Assembly: GCA_045646945.1 (NCBI GenBank)
Contig: JAZRLS010000055.1
Span: 6,486 to 70,485 of the forward strand
Reading direction: 5' to 3'
Source: Eubacteriales bacterium
Lineage (GTDB): Bacteria; Bacillota; Clostridia; Oscillospirales; CAG-272
DNA length: 64,000 nucleotides
Shown here: in pieces, positions 9,090-19,087 of the stretch
How the letters are laid out: each line of letters starts with the position of its first letter
Position numbering within the stretch: position 1 is the first letter of the stretch
Made by a program: the position numbers and the translations under genes
The notes under the pieces: model-generated
Told to the model about the DNA's origin: nothing
What the model saw: only the letters and a program-made list of their open reading frames with translations
Database searches by the model: none

Positions 9090-10103
9090 ATGCAAGGGAA
9101 AATTTTGAGATTTGAGGGTGGAGCGGCAATTACCTGTGCGGCATCGGTGGTGGGAAAATACGAATACGAGGGACCTCTTGGCGATTGCTTTGATTTACAC
9201 GACGTCACCGAAAAGTTCGGAATGAAGACTTGGGAAAAGGCGGAGAGTGAGATGCAACGTCTTGCCTTCAATACGGCGCTTGCGAAAGCGGCGGCTTCCG
9301 AACGTCGGGTGGGCGCGCTGTTTGCGGGCGATTTGCTCAATCAGTGCGTGGGCTCGTCCTATGGGTTGCTCGATTTTGACGTTCCGTATTTTGGACTTTA
9401 CGGCGCGTGCTCGACTGCGATTGAGGGACTGACACTCGCGGCGGCAACGGTCTCTGCGGGTTTTTTTGAGACGGCGGGCGTGGTTACCTCGTCGCACTAC
9501 TGCTCCGCGGAAAGACAGTACCGAACACCGCTCGAATATGGCTCCCAACGATCTCCCACCGCCCAGTGGACCGTGACGGGTGCCGGCGCGTTCCTGGTTC
9601 GAAAAGGGGGAAAAGCGCGCTTGGTCGAGGCACTCCCCGGCATCGTTATTGAAAAGGGGATCAACGACGCGTCGAATATGGGTGCGGCGATGGCACCCGC
9701 GGCGGCGGATACGCTGTTGCGCTATTTTCGCTACAGCTCACACACCCCCGAAGAGTTTGATCTGATCGTGACGGGCGACCTCGGTTGGGAGGGCGGCGAC
9801 ATTCTTTGCGATCTTTTGCATGCCGAGGGGCTCGATATTGCGAGCCGATACAACGATTGCGGCATGATGATTTACGAGCGCGAACGGCAGGATATGCACG
9901 CGGGTGGATCGGGATGCGGTTGCTCGGCAGTGGTGCTTGCGTCGCATCTTCTTCCGAGGATCGAACGCGGTGAGCTTCGGAATATTTTGATTCTCGGCAC
10001 GGGCGCGATGATGAGCCCGTCGAGTATTCAGCAGGGCGAGGCGATCCCTGCCGTGGCACATCTTTTGCGAGTTTGCAATGAAAAATATACGAAGGGAGAG
10101 TAA
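9090..10103 (+). CDS. spoVAD: Stage V sporulation protein AD
   Basis: Thiolase-like fold sequence (YFGLYGACST, MHAGGSGCGCS) is typical of SpoVAD. The ATG at 9090 follows GGGGAGAAAG. Confidence 0.9.
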   Translation: MQGKILRFEGGAAITCAASVVGKYEYEGPLGDCFDLHDVTEKFGMKTWEKAESEMQRLAFNTALAKAAASERRVGALFAGDLLNQCVGSSYGLLDFDVPYFGLYGACSTAIEGLTLAAATVSAGFFETAGVVTSSHYCSAERQYRTPLEYGSQRSPTAQWTVTGAGAFLVRKGGKARLVEALPGIVIEKGINDASNMGAAMAPAAADTLLRYFRYSSHTPEEFDLIVTGDLGWEGGDILCDLLHAEGLDIASRYNDCGMMIYERERQDMHAGGSGCGCSAVVLASHLLPRIERGELRNILILGTGAMMSPSSIQQGEAIPAVAHLLRVCNEKYTKGE

Positions 10104-10105
10104 CA

Positions 10106-10471
10106 ATGGACTGGATTCTTGATTTCCTTTGGGCATTCCTCGTGGGCGGACTGTTTTGCGTGATCGCGCAGATTTTGCTCGATAAGACCTCGCTCACACC
10201 GGCAAGAATTCTTGTAGGATACGTTGTGGCGGGTGTCATTCTCGGTGCGGTGGGACTGTATGCGCCGCTGGTTGAATTTGCGGGCGCGGGAGCGACAACC
10301 CCACTGACGGGCTTCGGATTCGTGATTGCCAAAGGAATTCGTTCGGCGGTGGATGAGGAAGGACTCATCGGAATTCTCAAGGGCGCACTCTGTGCCGCCG
10401 CGGCAGGTACCGCCGCCGCTCTCTGCTTCGGCTATCTCGCCGCCCTCTTCTTCCACAGCAGACCGAAGTAA
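10106..10471 (+). CDS. spoVAE: Stage V sporulation protein AE (SpoVAEb type)
   Basis: 121-aa membrane protein (FLVGGLFCVIAQILLDKT, TPLTGFGFVIAKG) located 2 nt after spoVAD. Confidence 0.88.
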   Translation: MDWILDFLWAFLVGGLFCVIAQILLDKTSLTPARILVGYVVAGVILGAVGLYAPLVEFAGAGATTPLTGFGFVIAKGIRSAVDEEGLIGILKGALCAAAAGTAAALCFGYLAALFFHSRPK

Positions 10472-10473
10472 GA

Positions 10474-10586
10474 GAAGGGGCGTGTTACTTTTCTTTTAAA
10501 AAGAAAAGTAACCAAAAGAAAACTTCCTCAAAATAATTAATTAGTTCGCCGTTTTGTCTGTGCAGACTTCGGCTTTCTGAGGAACA
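10474..10586 (+). repeat. Intergenic repeat, copy B
   Basis: Same element as 7901-8015. It starts 2 nt after the spoVAE stop codon and is followed by its own hairpin plus T-run (10587-10617). Confidence 0.85.
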
Positions 10587-10639
10587 AAACCGTCGGACCC
10601 TACGTCCCGACGGTTTTGGGATGCAATTTTTATTAAATC

Positions 10640-10682
10640 AAAAGAAAGCAACACAATTTTATGGATTGTGTTGCTTTCTTTT
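10640..10682. terminator. Bidirectional intrinsic terminator (spoVA operon / ylbJ)
   Basis: AAAAGAAAGCAACACAAT, 7-nt loop, ATTGTGTTGCTTTCTTTT (18-bp stem). Confidence 0.85.
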
Positions 10683-10700
10683 GTACAGCTTTCATTCCTC

Positions 10701-11660
10701 TTACCCCCAAATTCGCAAAAACAAAAGAAACAACGGAATATTCAGGCATCCCTCCGAGAGCTTGAGAAGCAGATATTTTCCCTTGGAAAAGCTTGCATCA
10801 CCCACGAGGTGAAATAGCTGAAAATGAACCGAAAGTCCCGTAAAACCGACCGAAAAGGCACAAAGGATAGGCATCAGGTACCCCGAGCATTCCGCCGCAT
10901 GGGCGACACCTCCCGTCAATTCAAAAATTGCGAAAAAGATTGCCGTGATTGTGGGAGGCAGCAAAAGGCCTGTCGAGAGATGAATCAGACTTTCAACGAG
11001 CGCGGAGAAAAAAACGACAAAGGCGCAAATCGAGAGCAAGGAGAGTGCCGAGGAGCTGACCGCGCTTGCTAAAGCAGAAGAAAAGGAAAGCGGTGGATTT
11101 GCGAGTGGTTGTGTCACGGAAGTGGCACTTTTTTTCTTTTGGGGGAGAGAGATCAGTATGCCAATCAAAAGAGAGGATAGTAAGGTTGTGAGATACAAAA
11201 GAACTCCTGTTCGCGTTGAGCCGAGGAGTGAGCGTCCGACCGCGCTGATCAAAAACGCGGGACTTGGATGGTTGGAGAGTGCGAGTACGCGGGAAAATTC
11301 GTCCTCAGACATTCTTCCGTCGCGGTAGAACGAGAGGGCGCACTGCGTTCCAATCGGAAATCCGCAGAGCATTCCAAGCAGTACCGCGCAGGCGGATTCG
11401 CCGCAAAGTCCGAGCATAGCGCGTGCGGGGCGCGCCAAAAAAACGGAAAAACGCTCTACGCCGCCGCTTGTCACCAGAAGCTCTGAGGCAACCATCAGCG
11501 GAAAGAGAGAAGGGATCAGTGAGCGAGTGCAGAGCCGAAGTCCTTTACTGATCGCCTCTGATGCGATTTCGGCATTGCGAAAGAAGAGCGCGAGCAAAAA
11601 TAGACTCGCAAGAAAAAAAGCCGCCTTCCGTTTTGCTCTGGTTTTGATTCCTGCGGTCAT
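10701..11660 (-). CDS. ylbJ: Sporulation integral membrane protein YlbJ (nucleoside-recognition/Gate domains)
   Basis: SLIPSLFPLMVASELL...GFPIG...LALSNHPSPAFLISAVG resembles YlbJ. The ATG at 11660 follows AAAGGAGAG. Confidence 0.8.
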   Translation of the reverse strand: MTAGIKTRAKRKAAFFLASLFLLALFFRNAEIASEAISKGLRLCTRSLIPSLFPLMVASELLVTSGGVERFSVFLARPARAMLGLCGESACAVLLGMLCGFPIGTQCALSFYRDGRMSEDEFSRVLALSNHPSPAFLISAVGRSLLGSTRTGVLLYLTTLLSSLLIGILISLPQKKKSATSVTQPLANPPLSFSSALASAVSSSALSLLSICAFVVFFSALVESLIHLSTGLLLPPTITAIFFAIFELTGGVAHAAECSGYLMPILCAFSVGFTGLSVHFQLFHLVGDASFSKGKYLLLKLSEGCLNIPLFLLFLRIWG

Positions 11661-11744
11661 TGATGGCACTCTCCTTTCATACAAATAAATCAAAGCTACT
11701 AAAGTGTACTTTGGATCGCAAAAAAATATGCAACGGAGGGGAAT

Positions 11745-12044
11745 ATGGGAAGAAACGACAAGGAGCGCGGGGGAAATTTTCGCGAACGCCTCAGTCGCCG
11801 GCTGGATCTCGTGCCCGATCTTTTGGGAAAAGAGGGACTGGTGGAGATTCGCGGGCGCGGTGCGGTGACGGTACGCGGCGGCGGAAAAATTTTGCTGTAT
11901 ACCCCCGAAGAGATCCGCATTTCAATGCCGAGATGCGTTCTTTTGATTCGTGGGGAGGGGCTTGTTTGCACCTCGTATTTTCAGGGGGCTGTCGGTGTGG
12001 ACGGTAAGATTGGCGGTGTGTTTTTTGAGGAGGTGGGAGAGTGA
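11745..12044 (+). CDS. yqfC: Sporulation protein YqfC (YabP family)
   Basis: 99-aa YabP-like protein (VEIRGRGAVTVRGGGKILLYTPEEI). It overlaps and precedes yqfD, as in Bacillus. Confidence 0.85.
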   Translation: MGRNDKERGGNFRERLSRRLDLVPDLLGKEGLVEIRGRGAVTVRGGGKILLYTPEEIRISMPRCVLLIRGEGLVCTSYFQGAVGVDGKIGGVFFEEVGE

Positions 12045-13228
12045 GATCACTGTTACATTTTTTGACGGGAAGCCGAACGCTTCGCTTCAGTGTCGCGGCG
12101 GCGGGCGAGGTGATGAACCTTTGCCGTCATTACGGCTTTGTTTATTGGAATCTGCGCTTTTGCGGGGAGCATCTCTGTCTTGACGCATCGCTCACCACCT
12201 CGAAAAAATTGCTTTCTGTCTGCCGTGAACGCGGCATTGCGGCGGTAAGTGAGGGAGAGAGGGGATTGTCCGTGCTGCTTTTTCGCTACCGTCGCCGTTG
12301 GGGGCTTCTCGTCGGCGCGCTTTGCTTTGTGGGGATTATTCTTTGGTCGCAAAGTGTACTGTGGGGCATCGAGATCGACGGAAATCATACCCTGAGCGAT
12401 GAAGATGTCCTCACCGAGCTTCGCGCGTGCGGACTGACGCTTGGCTGTCCGCTCTCCGAGCTTGACACCGAGGTGCTCGAGAATCGAGTGCTGATTTACT
12501 CCGATGAAATTTCCTGGATCAGTGTTAATCTCATCGGCACGGTGGCGCACGTTGAGCTTCGCGAGGTCGGGGAGCTTCCGCCCGCAGAACCGGAGTATGC
12601 TGCCTCCAACCTCGTGGCGTCAAGATCGGGAAAAATTGAAGTGCTCGAAAATATTCGCGGAAGTGTGGCAGTACACCCGGGGGACATTGTGGTCGAGGGC
12701 GAGCTTCTCGTCAGCGGTCTTACTGAAATGCAGAGCGGAGGTGTTCGCTATCGACGCGCCGCGGGGCAGGTATTTGCCCGCACCGAGAGGGATTTTCTCA
12801 TCGAGATTCCCTATTCGTATCAGCAGAAACGCTATACGGGATGCAAAAAACAAGAAAAAAGGTTGATTTTCTTTGAAAAAGAGATAAAATTTTTCTCAAA
12901 CTGTAGAAATTTACCCGCCACTTGTGATACAATAAATACAGTAGAATATTTTTCCCTCTGGGATGGACGAACGCTCCCCGTGGGAATTCGCACGGTGGAG
13001 TACCGAGAATATGAGATGTATGACGCGGTGCGAGATGAGAGACAGGCGACCGAGCTCGCCTATGAAAGTCTTTACGAGAGAATGGAAGAGGAAGAACTCG
13101 AGGGTTCTCTTGTCCGCAAGAATATCGTCACCGAGCTGAGCGACAGGGGTTGTATTCTTCGCTGTCGGGCAGAGTATATCGAGAATATTGCGATCGTCAA
13201 AGAAATCGAGATCGAAGAAGCCCCGTAG
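12041..13228 (+). CDS. yqfD: Sporulation protein YqfD (putative stage IV)
   Basis: 395 aa with a central TM segment. Its position between yqfC and phoH is conserved. The stop codon is TAG at 13226-13228. Confidence 0.85.
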   Translation: MRSLLHFLTGSRTLRFSVAAAGEVMNLCRHYGFVYWNLRFCGEHLCLDASLTTSKKLLSVCRERGIAAVSEGERGLSVLLFRYRRRWGLLVGALCFVGIILWSQSVLWGIEIDGNHTLSDEDVLTELRACGLTLGCPLSELDTEVLENRVLIYSDEISWISVNLIGTVAHVELREVGELPPAEPEYAASNLVASRSGKIEVLENIRGSVAVHPGDIVVEGELLVSGLTEMQSGGVRYRRAAGQVFARTERDFLIEIPYSYQQKRYTGCKKQEKRLIFFEKEIKFFSNCRNLPATCDTINTVEYFSLWDGRTLPVGIRTVEYREYEMYDAVRDERQATELAYESLYERMEEEELEGSLVRKNIVTELSDRGCILRCRAEYIENIAIVKEIEIEEAP

Positions 13229-13264
13229 AGGCTTCACAAAAACAATGGGAGTATCAAACTGGGA

Positions 13265-14314
13265 ATGGAAGAAAAAATCACAAAAACCGTAAAAATCGAA
13301 AACTCTGAGCTGACGGCGTGCATCTTCGGCAGTTATGACGTCAACGTCCGTATGCTTGAACGCGCCTTTTCGGTGGTGATTCGCAACCGTTCGGGCGAGG
13401 ACGGCGACGCCGTGCTCGTATCGGGCGACGATTCGGATGCCGTCAGAATGGCGTCTGAGGCGGTCGGCTATCTCAAGGAAATGGCAAAGGTCAACGATAC
13501 GCTCAGCGATCAACAGGTTGGATACGTCATTGAGATGCTCAAGGCGGGTAAGGAGAGCGAGCTTGCGGGATTGGAGAAGGATTGTATTTGCATTACGACA
13601 CGTGGAAAACCGATCAAGGCAAAGACGGTCGGTCAAAGAAGATACGTCGACGCGATTACGGCAAATACGGTGGTTTTCGGCATCGGTCCTGCGGGTACGG
13701 GGAAAACCTTTCTTGCCGTGGCAATGGCAGTACGTGCGCTTCGCGAAAAGCAGGTCAGCCGTATTATTTTGACGCGTCCCGCAATCGAAGCAGGCGAAAA
13801 GCTCGGCTTTCTCCCGGGAGATCTCCAAAGTAAGATTGACCCCTATCTGCGTCCGCTCTACGACGCGATGTTCGAGCTGCTTGGCGCGGAAAATTATCAA
13901 AGACAGCTTGAAAAGGGAACCATCGAGATCGCGCCGCTTGCCTATATGCGCGGACGGACGCTTGACGATAGCTTTATCATTCTCGACGAGGCGCAAAATG
14001 CCACACCCGAGCAGATGAAAATGTTCCTCACGCGACTCGGATTTAATTCGAAGGCGGTCATTACGGGCGACCTCACGCAGACCGACCTGCCCGACCGCGT
14101 GAAGAGCGGTCTTGCTGTTGCCGTCAAGGTGCTCGACGGTGTCGAGGACATTGCCGTGCACGCCTTTACCGACCGTGACGTCGTTCGTCACAAGCTTGTA
14201 CAGCGCATCATTCGCGCCTACGAAAAATATGAAAAGACCGAGGCGGAGAAAAAATTCTCGCCCACAAAATACCGTGCGGAGCGCAAATCCTCCCGCGAAG
14301 GAGAAAAGCAATGA
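13265..14314 (+). CDS. phoH: PhoH-family ATPase
   Basis: Walker A GPAGTGKT, followed by RIILTRP...GFLPGD...DEAQN. Confidence 0.93.
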   Translation: MEEKITKTVKIENSELTACIFGSYDVNVRMLERAFSVVIRNRSGEDGDAVLVSGDDSDAVRMASEAVGYLKEMAKVNDTLSDQQVGYVIEMLKAGKESELAGLEKDCICITTRGKPIKAKTVGQRRYVDAITANTVVFGIGPAGTGKTFLAVAMAVRALREKQVSRIILTRPAIEAGEKLGFLPGDLQSKIDPYLRPLYDAMFELLGAENYQRQLEKGTIEIAPLAYMRGRTLDDSFIILDEAQNATPEQMKMFLTRLGFNSKAVITGDLTQTDLPDRVKSGLAVAVKVLDGVEDIAVHAFTDRDVVRHKLVQRIIRAYEKYEKTEAEKKFSPTKYRAERKSSREGEKQ

Positions 14315-14796
14315 AGCAGAAAATTAAAATTTATTTTTCCGACGAACAGTCATCCTTCCGTGTGACGCGGAAGCTCAAGCGACTCATCCGCGCTTCGGTC
14401 AGCGAGTCGCTTGCCTACGAGGAATTTTATAACAACTGCGCTGTTTCGGTGACCTTTACCGATAACGAGGGGATTCGCGCGCTCAACGCCGAGTATCGCG
14501 ACATCGACCGCGAGACCGACGTGCTTTCTTTCCCTCTGACCGAATTTGACGCTGGCGAAGAGCCGCCCGTTGACGAGCCCGAGGTGATGCTCGGCGACAT
14601 CGTGCTTTCGCTGGAAAAAACGCAGGCGCAGGCAGAAGAATTCGGACATAGCTTTGAGAGGGAAGCGGCATTTCTTTGCGTGCATTCGATGCTCCATCTT
14701 CTCGGCTACGACCACGTGAACAGTGAGGAAGAGGATGCCGAAATGCGCCGCCGCCAGCGCGAGATCCTCGAGAGAATGGGACTTGGCGTAAAATAA
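14311..14796 (+). CDS. ybeY: rRNA maturation endoribonuclease YbeY
   Basis: HSMLHLLGYDH zinc motif. A 4-nt overlap with phoH. Confidence 0.93.
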   Translation: MKQKIKIYFSDEQSSFRVTRKLKRLIRASVSESLAYEEFYNNCAVSVTFTDNEGIRALNAEYRDIDRETDVLSFPLTEFDAGEEPPVDEPEVMLGDIVLSLEKTQAQAEEFGHSFEREAAFLCVHSMLHLLGYDHVNSEEEDAEMRRRQREILERMGLGVK

Positions 14797-14824
14797 CAAA
14801 AAAATCAAAAAGGAAATTTATACG

Positions 14825-15712
14825 ATGAAAAAAACAGGATTTATTGCGATCGTCGGACGCCCGAACGTGGGAAAATCGACCCTGCTGAATGCTATTTTGG
14901 GAGAAAAGGTGGCGATCGTTTCGAATAAGCCGCAGACCACGAGAAACCGCATTACCGGCATTTTTACCCGTGACGAGGAGCAGTTTGTCTTCGTCGATAC
15001 GCCCGGAATGCACAAGCCGAAGAACAGTCTCGGCGAGTTTATGGTCAAGGCGGCGGATACCTCGATGAGAGAGGCGGATGCCGTCGTGCTCGTTGTCGAT
15101 ACGGGCAAGGAGATCTCTGCCGTGGAGGAAAACGTCATCGATTATCTTAAGCGCAGCGGAATTCCCGCCGTGCTTGCGCTCAATAAGATCGACCAGTACC
15201 GCCGTGAGGATCTTGCCGATGCAATCAGCCGTTATGCCGAGCGTCACGATTTTTCGGCGTTCGTTCCGATCAGTGCAAGAAGCGGAAAGAACGTCGGCGA
15301 GCTTCTCGACGAGTGTGCAAAGTTTCTGGAGGAATCACCGTGGTTTTTCCCCGAGGATATGGTGACCGATCAGCCCGAGCGACAGATTGCCGCCGAGATC
15401 ATTCGCGAGAAAATTTTGCGTACGCTCAACAAGGAGGTCCCGCACGGCACTGCCGTTGTCATCGAGGAATTCAAGGATGAGGGAACGCTCGTTCGTATTC
15501 GTGCCGAGATTTTCTGCGAAAAAGCATCGCACAAGGGCATCATCGTCGGAAAGAACGGCGCGTCCTTAAAGCTTATCGGCACGTACGCGCGGGAGGATCT
15601 CGAAAAAATGCTTGGCGTGAAGGTGTATCTCAACCTTTGGGTCAAGGTGAAGGAAAATTGGCGCGAAAGTGCCAGAACGGTCGGCAATTTCGGCTACCGT
15701 GAAGAAGAATAA
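14825..15712 (+). CDS. era: GTPase Era
   Basis: G1 GRPNVGKST, G3 DTPG, NKID, and a C-terminal KH domain (KGIIVGKNG). Confidence 0.95.
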   Translation: MKKTGFIAIVGRPNVGKSTLLNAILGEKVAIVSNKPQTTRNRITGIFTRDEEQFVFVDTPGMHKPKNSLGEFMVKAADTSMREADAVVLVVDTGKEISAVEENVIDYLKRSGIPAVLALNKIDQYRREDLADAISRYAERHDFSAFVPISARSGKNVGELLDECAKFLEESPWFFPEDMVTDQPERQIAAEIIREKILRTLNKEVPHGTAVVIEEFKDEGTLVRIRAEIFCEKASHKGIIVGKNGASLKLIGTYAREDLEKMLGVKVYLNLWVKVKENWRESARTVGNFGYREEE

Positions 15713-15737
15713 TCAAAGCTTCGGAGGCTCATAACAA

Positions 15738-16526
15738 GTGAAAAAAGCAGTAGACGGCTTGATTCTGCGGGAAATTCCCACCGGCGAGAGCGACAAACTG
15801 CTGACCGTACTGACGGCAGAGGGCAGATTTCTGATGACGGCAAAGGGCGCACGCTCTTCGCGCAGTAAGGTCACGTCGCTCTGCACCATCTTTACGTACG
15901 GAAACTTTGAATATTACGAGAAAAACGGTCGCCGTTGGCTTTCCTCGGGATCGGTGCTCGAGAATTTTCTCGGAATGAATTCCGAGCTCGAGGGGATTGC
16001 GCTCGCATCCTACCTCTCGCAGGTGGCACACGAGATTACCGAGGAGAATATCGATTGCTCCGAGGTGCTTCGGATGACGCTCAATTCGCTACACCTGATC
16101 AAAAAACAGACGAAGCCCTATTGGCAGATCAAAGCGGTCTTTGAGGTCTTTGCCGTTGTGCAGTCGGGCTATGTTCCCGACCTTTCGGGGTGTGCTTCGT
16201 GCGGTGCCCAGGCGCACGAGTCGTTATGGCTTGACGTGATGAACGGTGCTCTTGTTTGCGGTGATTGCCTTCGCAAGCGTGCGGGAAATCTTGCGCTGCC
16301 CGAATTTGACGAAGAAGGCGTGCGTAACATTCTTCTGCCACTCGACGCATCGGCACTTGCCTGCCTGCGGTACGTCATCGAAGCGCCCATGGCACGTGCC
16401 TTTTCCTTCTCGCTCACGAGCGAGGAGAGTTGCGCGTATTTCTGCCGCGCGACCGAGAGTTATTTGTTACATCATCTCGAACGAGGCTTTGACTCTCTTG
16501 ATTTTTACCATCAGGTAAAGGATTGA
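15738..16526 (+). CDS. recO: DNA repair protein RecO
   Basis: OB-fold N-terminus and a zinc finger CASCG...CGDC. GTG start. Located after era, as in Bacillus. Confidence 0.9.
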   Translation: MKKAVDGLILREIPTGESDKLLTVLTAEGRFLMTAKGARSSRSKVTSLCTIFTYGNFEYYEKNGRRWLSSGSVLENFLGMNSELEGIALASYLSQVAHEITEENIDCSEVLRMTLNSLHLIKKQTKPYWQIKAVFEVFAVVQSGYVPDLSGCASCGAQAHESLWLDVMNGALVCGDCLRKRAGNLALPEFDEEGVRNILLPLDASALACLRYVIEAPMARAFSFSLTSEESCAYFCRATESYLLHHLERGFDSLDFYHQVKD

Positions 16527-16530
16527 TTTT

Positions 16531-18915
16531 ATGAAAATTACCGAAAAAACATTAACTACGCTAGAATTTGATAAAGTCCGAGCGATGCTCGCAGAAGCTT
16601 GCCCTACGGCAGGCGCTTCGGCGTTGGCACTTGCGCTCTCTCCCGCCGAGCACATCGATCAGATCGCCAAGCGGCAGAGAAGAACCACCGATGCGAGACG
16701 GCTTTCGGATGCCAAGGGAATGCCGTCATTTGGTTCGGTGATCGACGTGGGTGATCTGTGCGCCCGCGCAGAGAAAGGGGCTATTCTCACAACGAGAGAA
16801 CTGCTCGATGCCGCAAGTGTGCTTCGAACCTCGCGCTCGCTTCTTGACTATCTGCGCTCCAACCGACTCTTTCCCACCGTGCTCGACGAGGTCTTTGAGC
16901 GACTGCTCCCCAACCGACACTTAGAAGAGCGCATCTTCCGTTCGATTCTTTCCGAGGAACTGATTGCCGACGAAGCAAGTCCCGCGCTTGCCGACGTTCG
17001 TCGCAAGATTCGGAGTGCCAACGCGCGTATCAAGGAAACGCTTGCCAAGTACGTCAGTGGAAGCTACTCGAAATATCTGCAGGAAAATATCGTAACACAG
17101 AGAAACGGACGCTACGTCATTCCCGTGCGTGCCGAGTGCCGAAACGATATCAAGGGACTCATTCACGACACCTCGTCCTCGGGAGCTACGATTTTTGTCG
17201 AGCCGATGGCGGTGGTGGATGCCAACAACGAGCTGCGTATGCTCGAATCCAAGGAAGCACACGAGATTGAGAAGATTCTCGCCGATCTTTCGGGTGAGAT
17301 TGCGGATATCGCGGTGTCGCTTTCCCTCAATTACCGAAATATCACCGAGCTTGCCTTTGTCTTCGGCTGTGCCGAGCTTTCGCGTCGAATGGATGCCGCA
17401 GAGCCGATGCTGAGCGAGGAGCGCGTTTGCCGCCTCATCAAGGCAAGACATCCGCTCATTGATAAGAAAACCGTCGTTCCAATCACGGTCGGACTTGGCG
17501 GCGAATATGATACGCTGATTATCACGGGACCGAATACGGGCGGTAAAACGGTGACGCTCAAGACGCTCGGACTCTTTGCTATTATGGCGCAGTCGGGACT
17601 TCACTTACCCTCAGAGGAGGGAACGACGCTCTGTCCTTTTGAAAAGATTCTTGTCGATCTTGGCGACGAGCAGAGCATCGAGCAATCGCTCTCGACCTTC
17701 TCGTCACACATGGTCAATATCGTGTCAATCGTGAACGAGCGAAACGACCGAACGCTTGCGCTTTTTGATGAGCTTGGTGCGGGCACCGACCCGATCGAGG
17801 GTGCGGCACTTGCTGTTGCCGTCATTGAAGATATGCGGAGCGCGGGGGCACTTTGCGCCGCGACGACGCACTATACCGAGCTCAAAACCTATGCGCTTGA
17901 CACCGAGGGCGTTTGCAACGCGTCGTGCGAATTTGACGTGGAGACGCTTCGCCCGACCTACCGACTGATCGTCGGCTTGCCCGGAAAATCCAACGCGTTT
18001 GCCATTTCCGAGAAGCTTGGACTTCCCGCGCGGATCATCGAGCGAGCCAATGCTTGCGTCAGTCAAGAAAATAAACGTCTCGAAAATTTGCTGGGGGATT
18101 TGGAAGCGAGCCGTCAGCAGGCGGAGCGCGCCAAAGAGGATGCCGAGCAGATGCGCCGCGAGTACGAGCAGTACCGCACCGATGCCGAAAAAATCATTGC
18201 CGATCGCCTTGCTTCTTCCGAAAAGGAAATGGAGAGGGCGCGAAAGAAGGCACAGAATATGGTGGAGAGTGCCAAGCTTTCGGCAGAATTTCTGATGGAG
18301 CAGATGGACAAGCTTCGACGTGAGAGAGAATCCGAGAAGCTCGGAGAAGAGCTTGACCGCGCACGCCGTGAAATTCGGGATCATTTGCGCCGACACGGAG
18401 ATTCCTTTGACCCCGTCGAGGTCAGAAAGGTCGAGAACTATGTTCTTCCGCGCAAGCTTCGCCGCGGTGACGAGGTGCTGATTGTCAGCCTTGACCGCAA
18501 GGCAGTGCTCCTCGAGGACCCCGACCGCTCGGGCAAGGTCGCTGTACAGGCGGGAATTATCAAAACCAAGGTCAGTGTGGACGATCTTCAGCTCATCGAA
18601 AGTGAGAGCGAGGTGCTCCGCGGCTCGGAGAAGACCAAGGCGTCTTCTTACCGCGTGACGGTCAGTCGCGATTTCCGCGACGAAATTCATCTGCGCGGAA
18701 TGACGGGGGACGAGGCTTGGAATGCTGTGGATAAATATTTTGACGAGGCACAGCTCGCAGGCTTTCATACCGTACGACTCGTGCACGGCAAGGGAACGGG
18801 CGCGCTCAAAAACGCGCTGTGGACTTATCTCAAAAAGGATCGCCGAGTCAAATCCTTCCGAATCGGACAGTTTGGTGAGGGTGACGGCGGCGTGACGGTT
18901 GTAGAGCTGAAATAA
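16531..18915 (+). CDS. mutS2: Endonuclease MutS2 (MutS ATPase plus C-terminal Smr domain)
   Basis: GPNTGGKTV Walker A, DELGAGTDP, and a C-terminal Smr domain (LVHGKGTGALK). Confidence 0.95.
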   Translation: MKITEKTLTTLEFDKVRAMLAEACPTAGASALALALSPAEHIDQIAKRQRRTTDARRLSDAKGMPSFGSVIDVGDLCARAEKGAILTTRELLDAASVLRTSRSLLDYLRSNRLFPTVLDEVFERLLPNRHLEERIFRSILSEELIADEASPALADVRRKIRSANARIKETLAKYVSGSYSKYLQENIVTQRNGRYVIPVRAECRNDIKGLIHDTSSSGATIFVEPMAVVDANNELRMLESKEAHEIEKILADLSGEIADIAVSLSLNYRNITELAFVFGCAELSRRMDAAEPMLSEERVCRLIKARHPLIDKKTVVPITVGLGGEYDTLIITGPNTGGKTVTLKTLGLFAIMAQSGLHLPSEEGTTLCPFEKILVDLGDEQSIEQSLSTFSSHMVNIVSIVNERNDRTLALFDELGAGTDPIEGAALAVAVIEDMRSAGALCAATTHYTELKTYALDTEGVCNASCEFDVETLRPTYRLIVGLPGKSNAFAISEKLGLPARIIERANACVSQENKRLENLLGDLEASRQQAERAKEDAEQMRREYEQYRTDAEKIIADRLASSEKEMERARKKAQNMVESAKLSAEFLMEQMDKLRRERESEKLGEELDRARREIRDHLRRHGDSFDPVEVRKVENYVLPRKLRRGDEVLIVSLDRKAVLLEDPDRSGKVAVQAGIIKTKVSVDDLQLIESESEVLRGSEKTKASSYRVTVSRDFRDEIHLRGMTGDEAWNAVDKYFDEAQLAGFHTVRLVHGKGTGALKNALWTYLKKDRRVKSFRIGQFGEGDGGVTVVELK

Positions 18916-18930
18916 TTTTGCAAAACATAC

Positions 18931-18958
18931 GAGAAATGCGCTCGCAAAAGCATTTCTC
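18931..18958 (+). terminator. Weak hairpin after mutS2
   Basis: GAGAAATGC, 10-nt loop, GCATTTCTC, followed only by TT. Poor U-tract. Confidence 0.3.
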
Positions 18959-19009
18959 TTGGGCAAAGTCATAATTCGTCGAAATTCTCGAAAAAAATTC
19001 GAAATCCGC

Positions 19010-19038
19010 TTGTCTGTTGAGAAAAAATATGGTATAAT
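19010..19038 (+). promoter_or_regulatory. Sigma-A-type promoter for the PRPP synthetase gene
   Basis: TTGTCT, 17 nt spacer, TATAAT with an extended TGg. Confidence 0.55.
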
Positions 19039-19087
19039 AATAGTGTCAGAACCCCTATTTTAAAATTTATCGTCGGAGGATCAAAAA

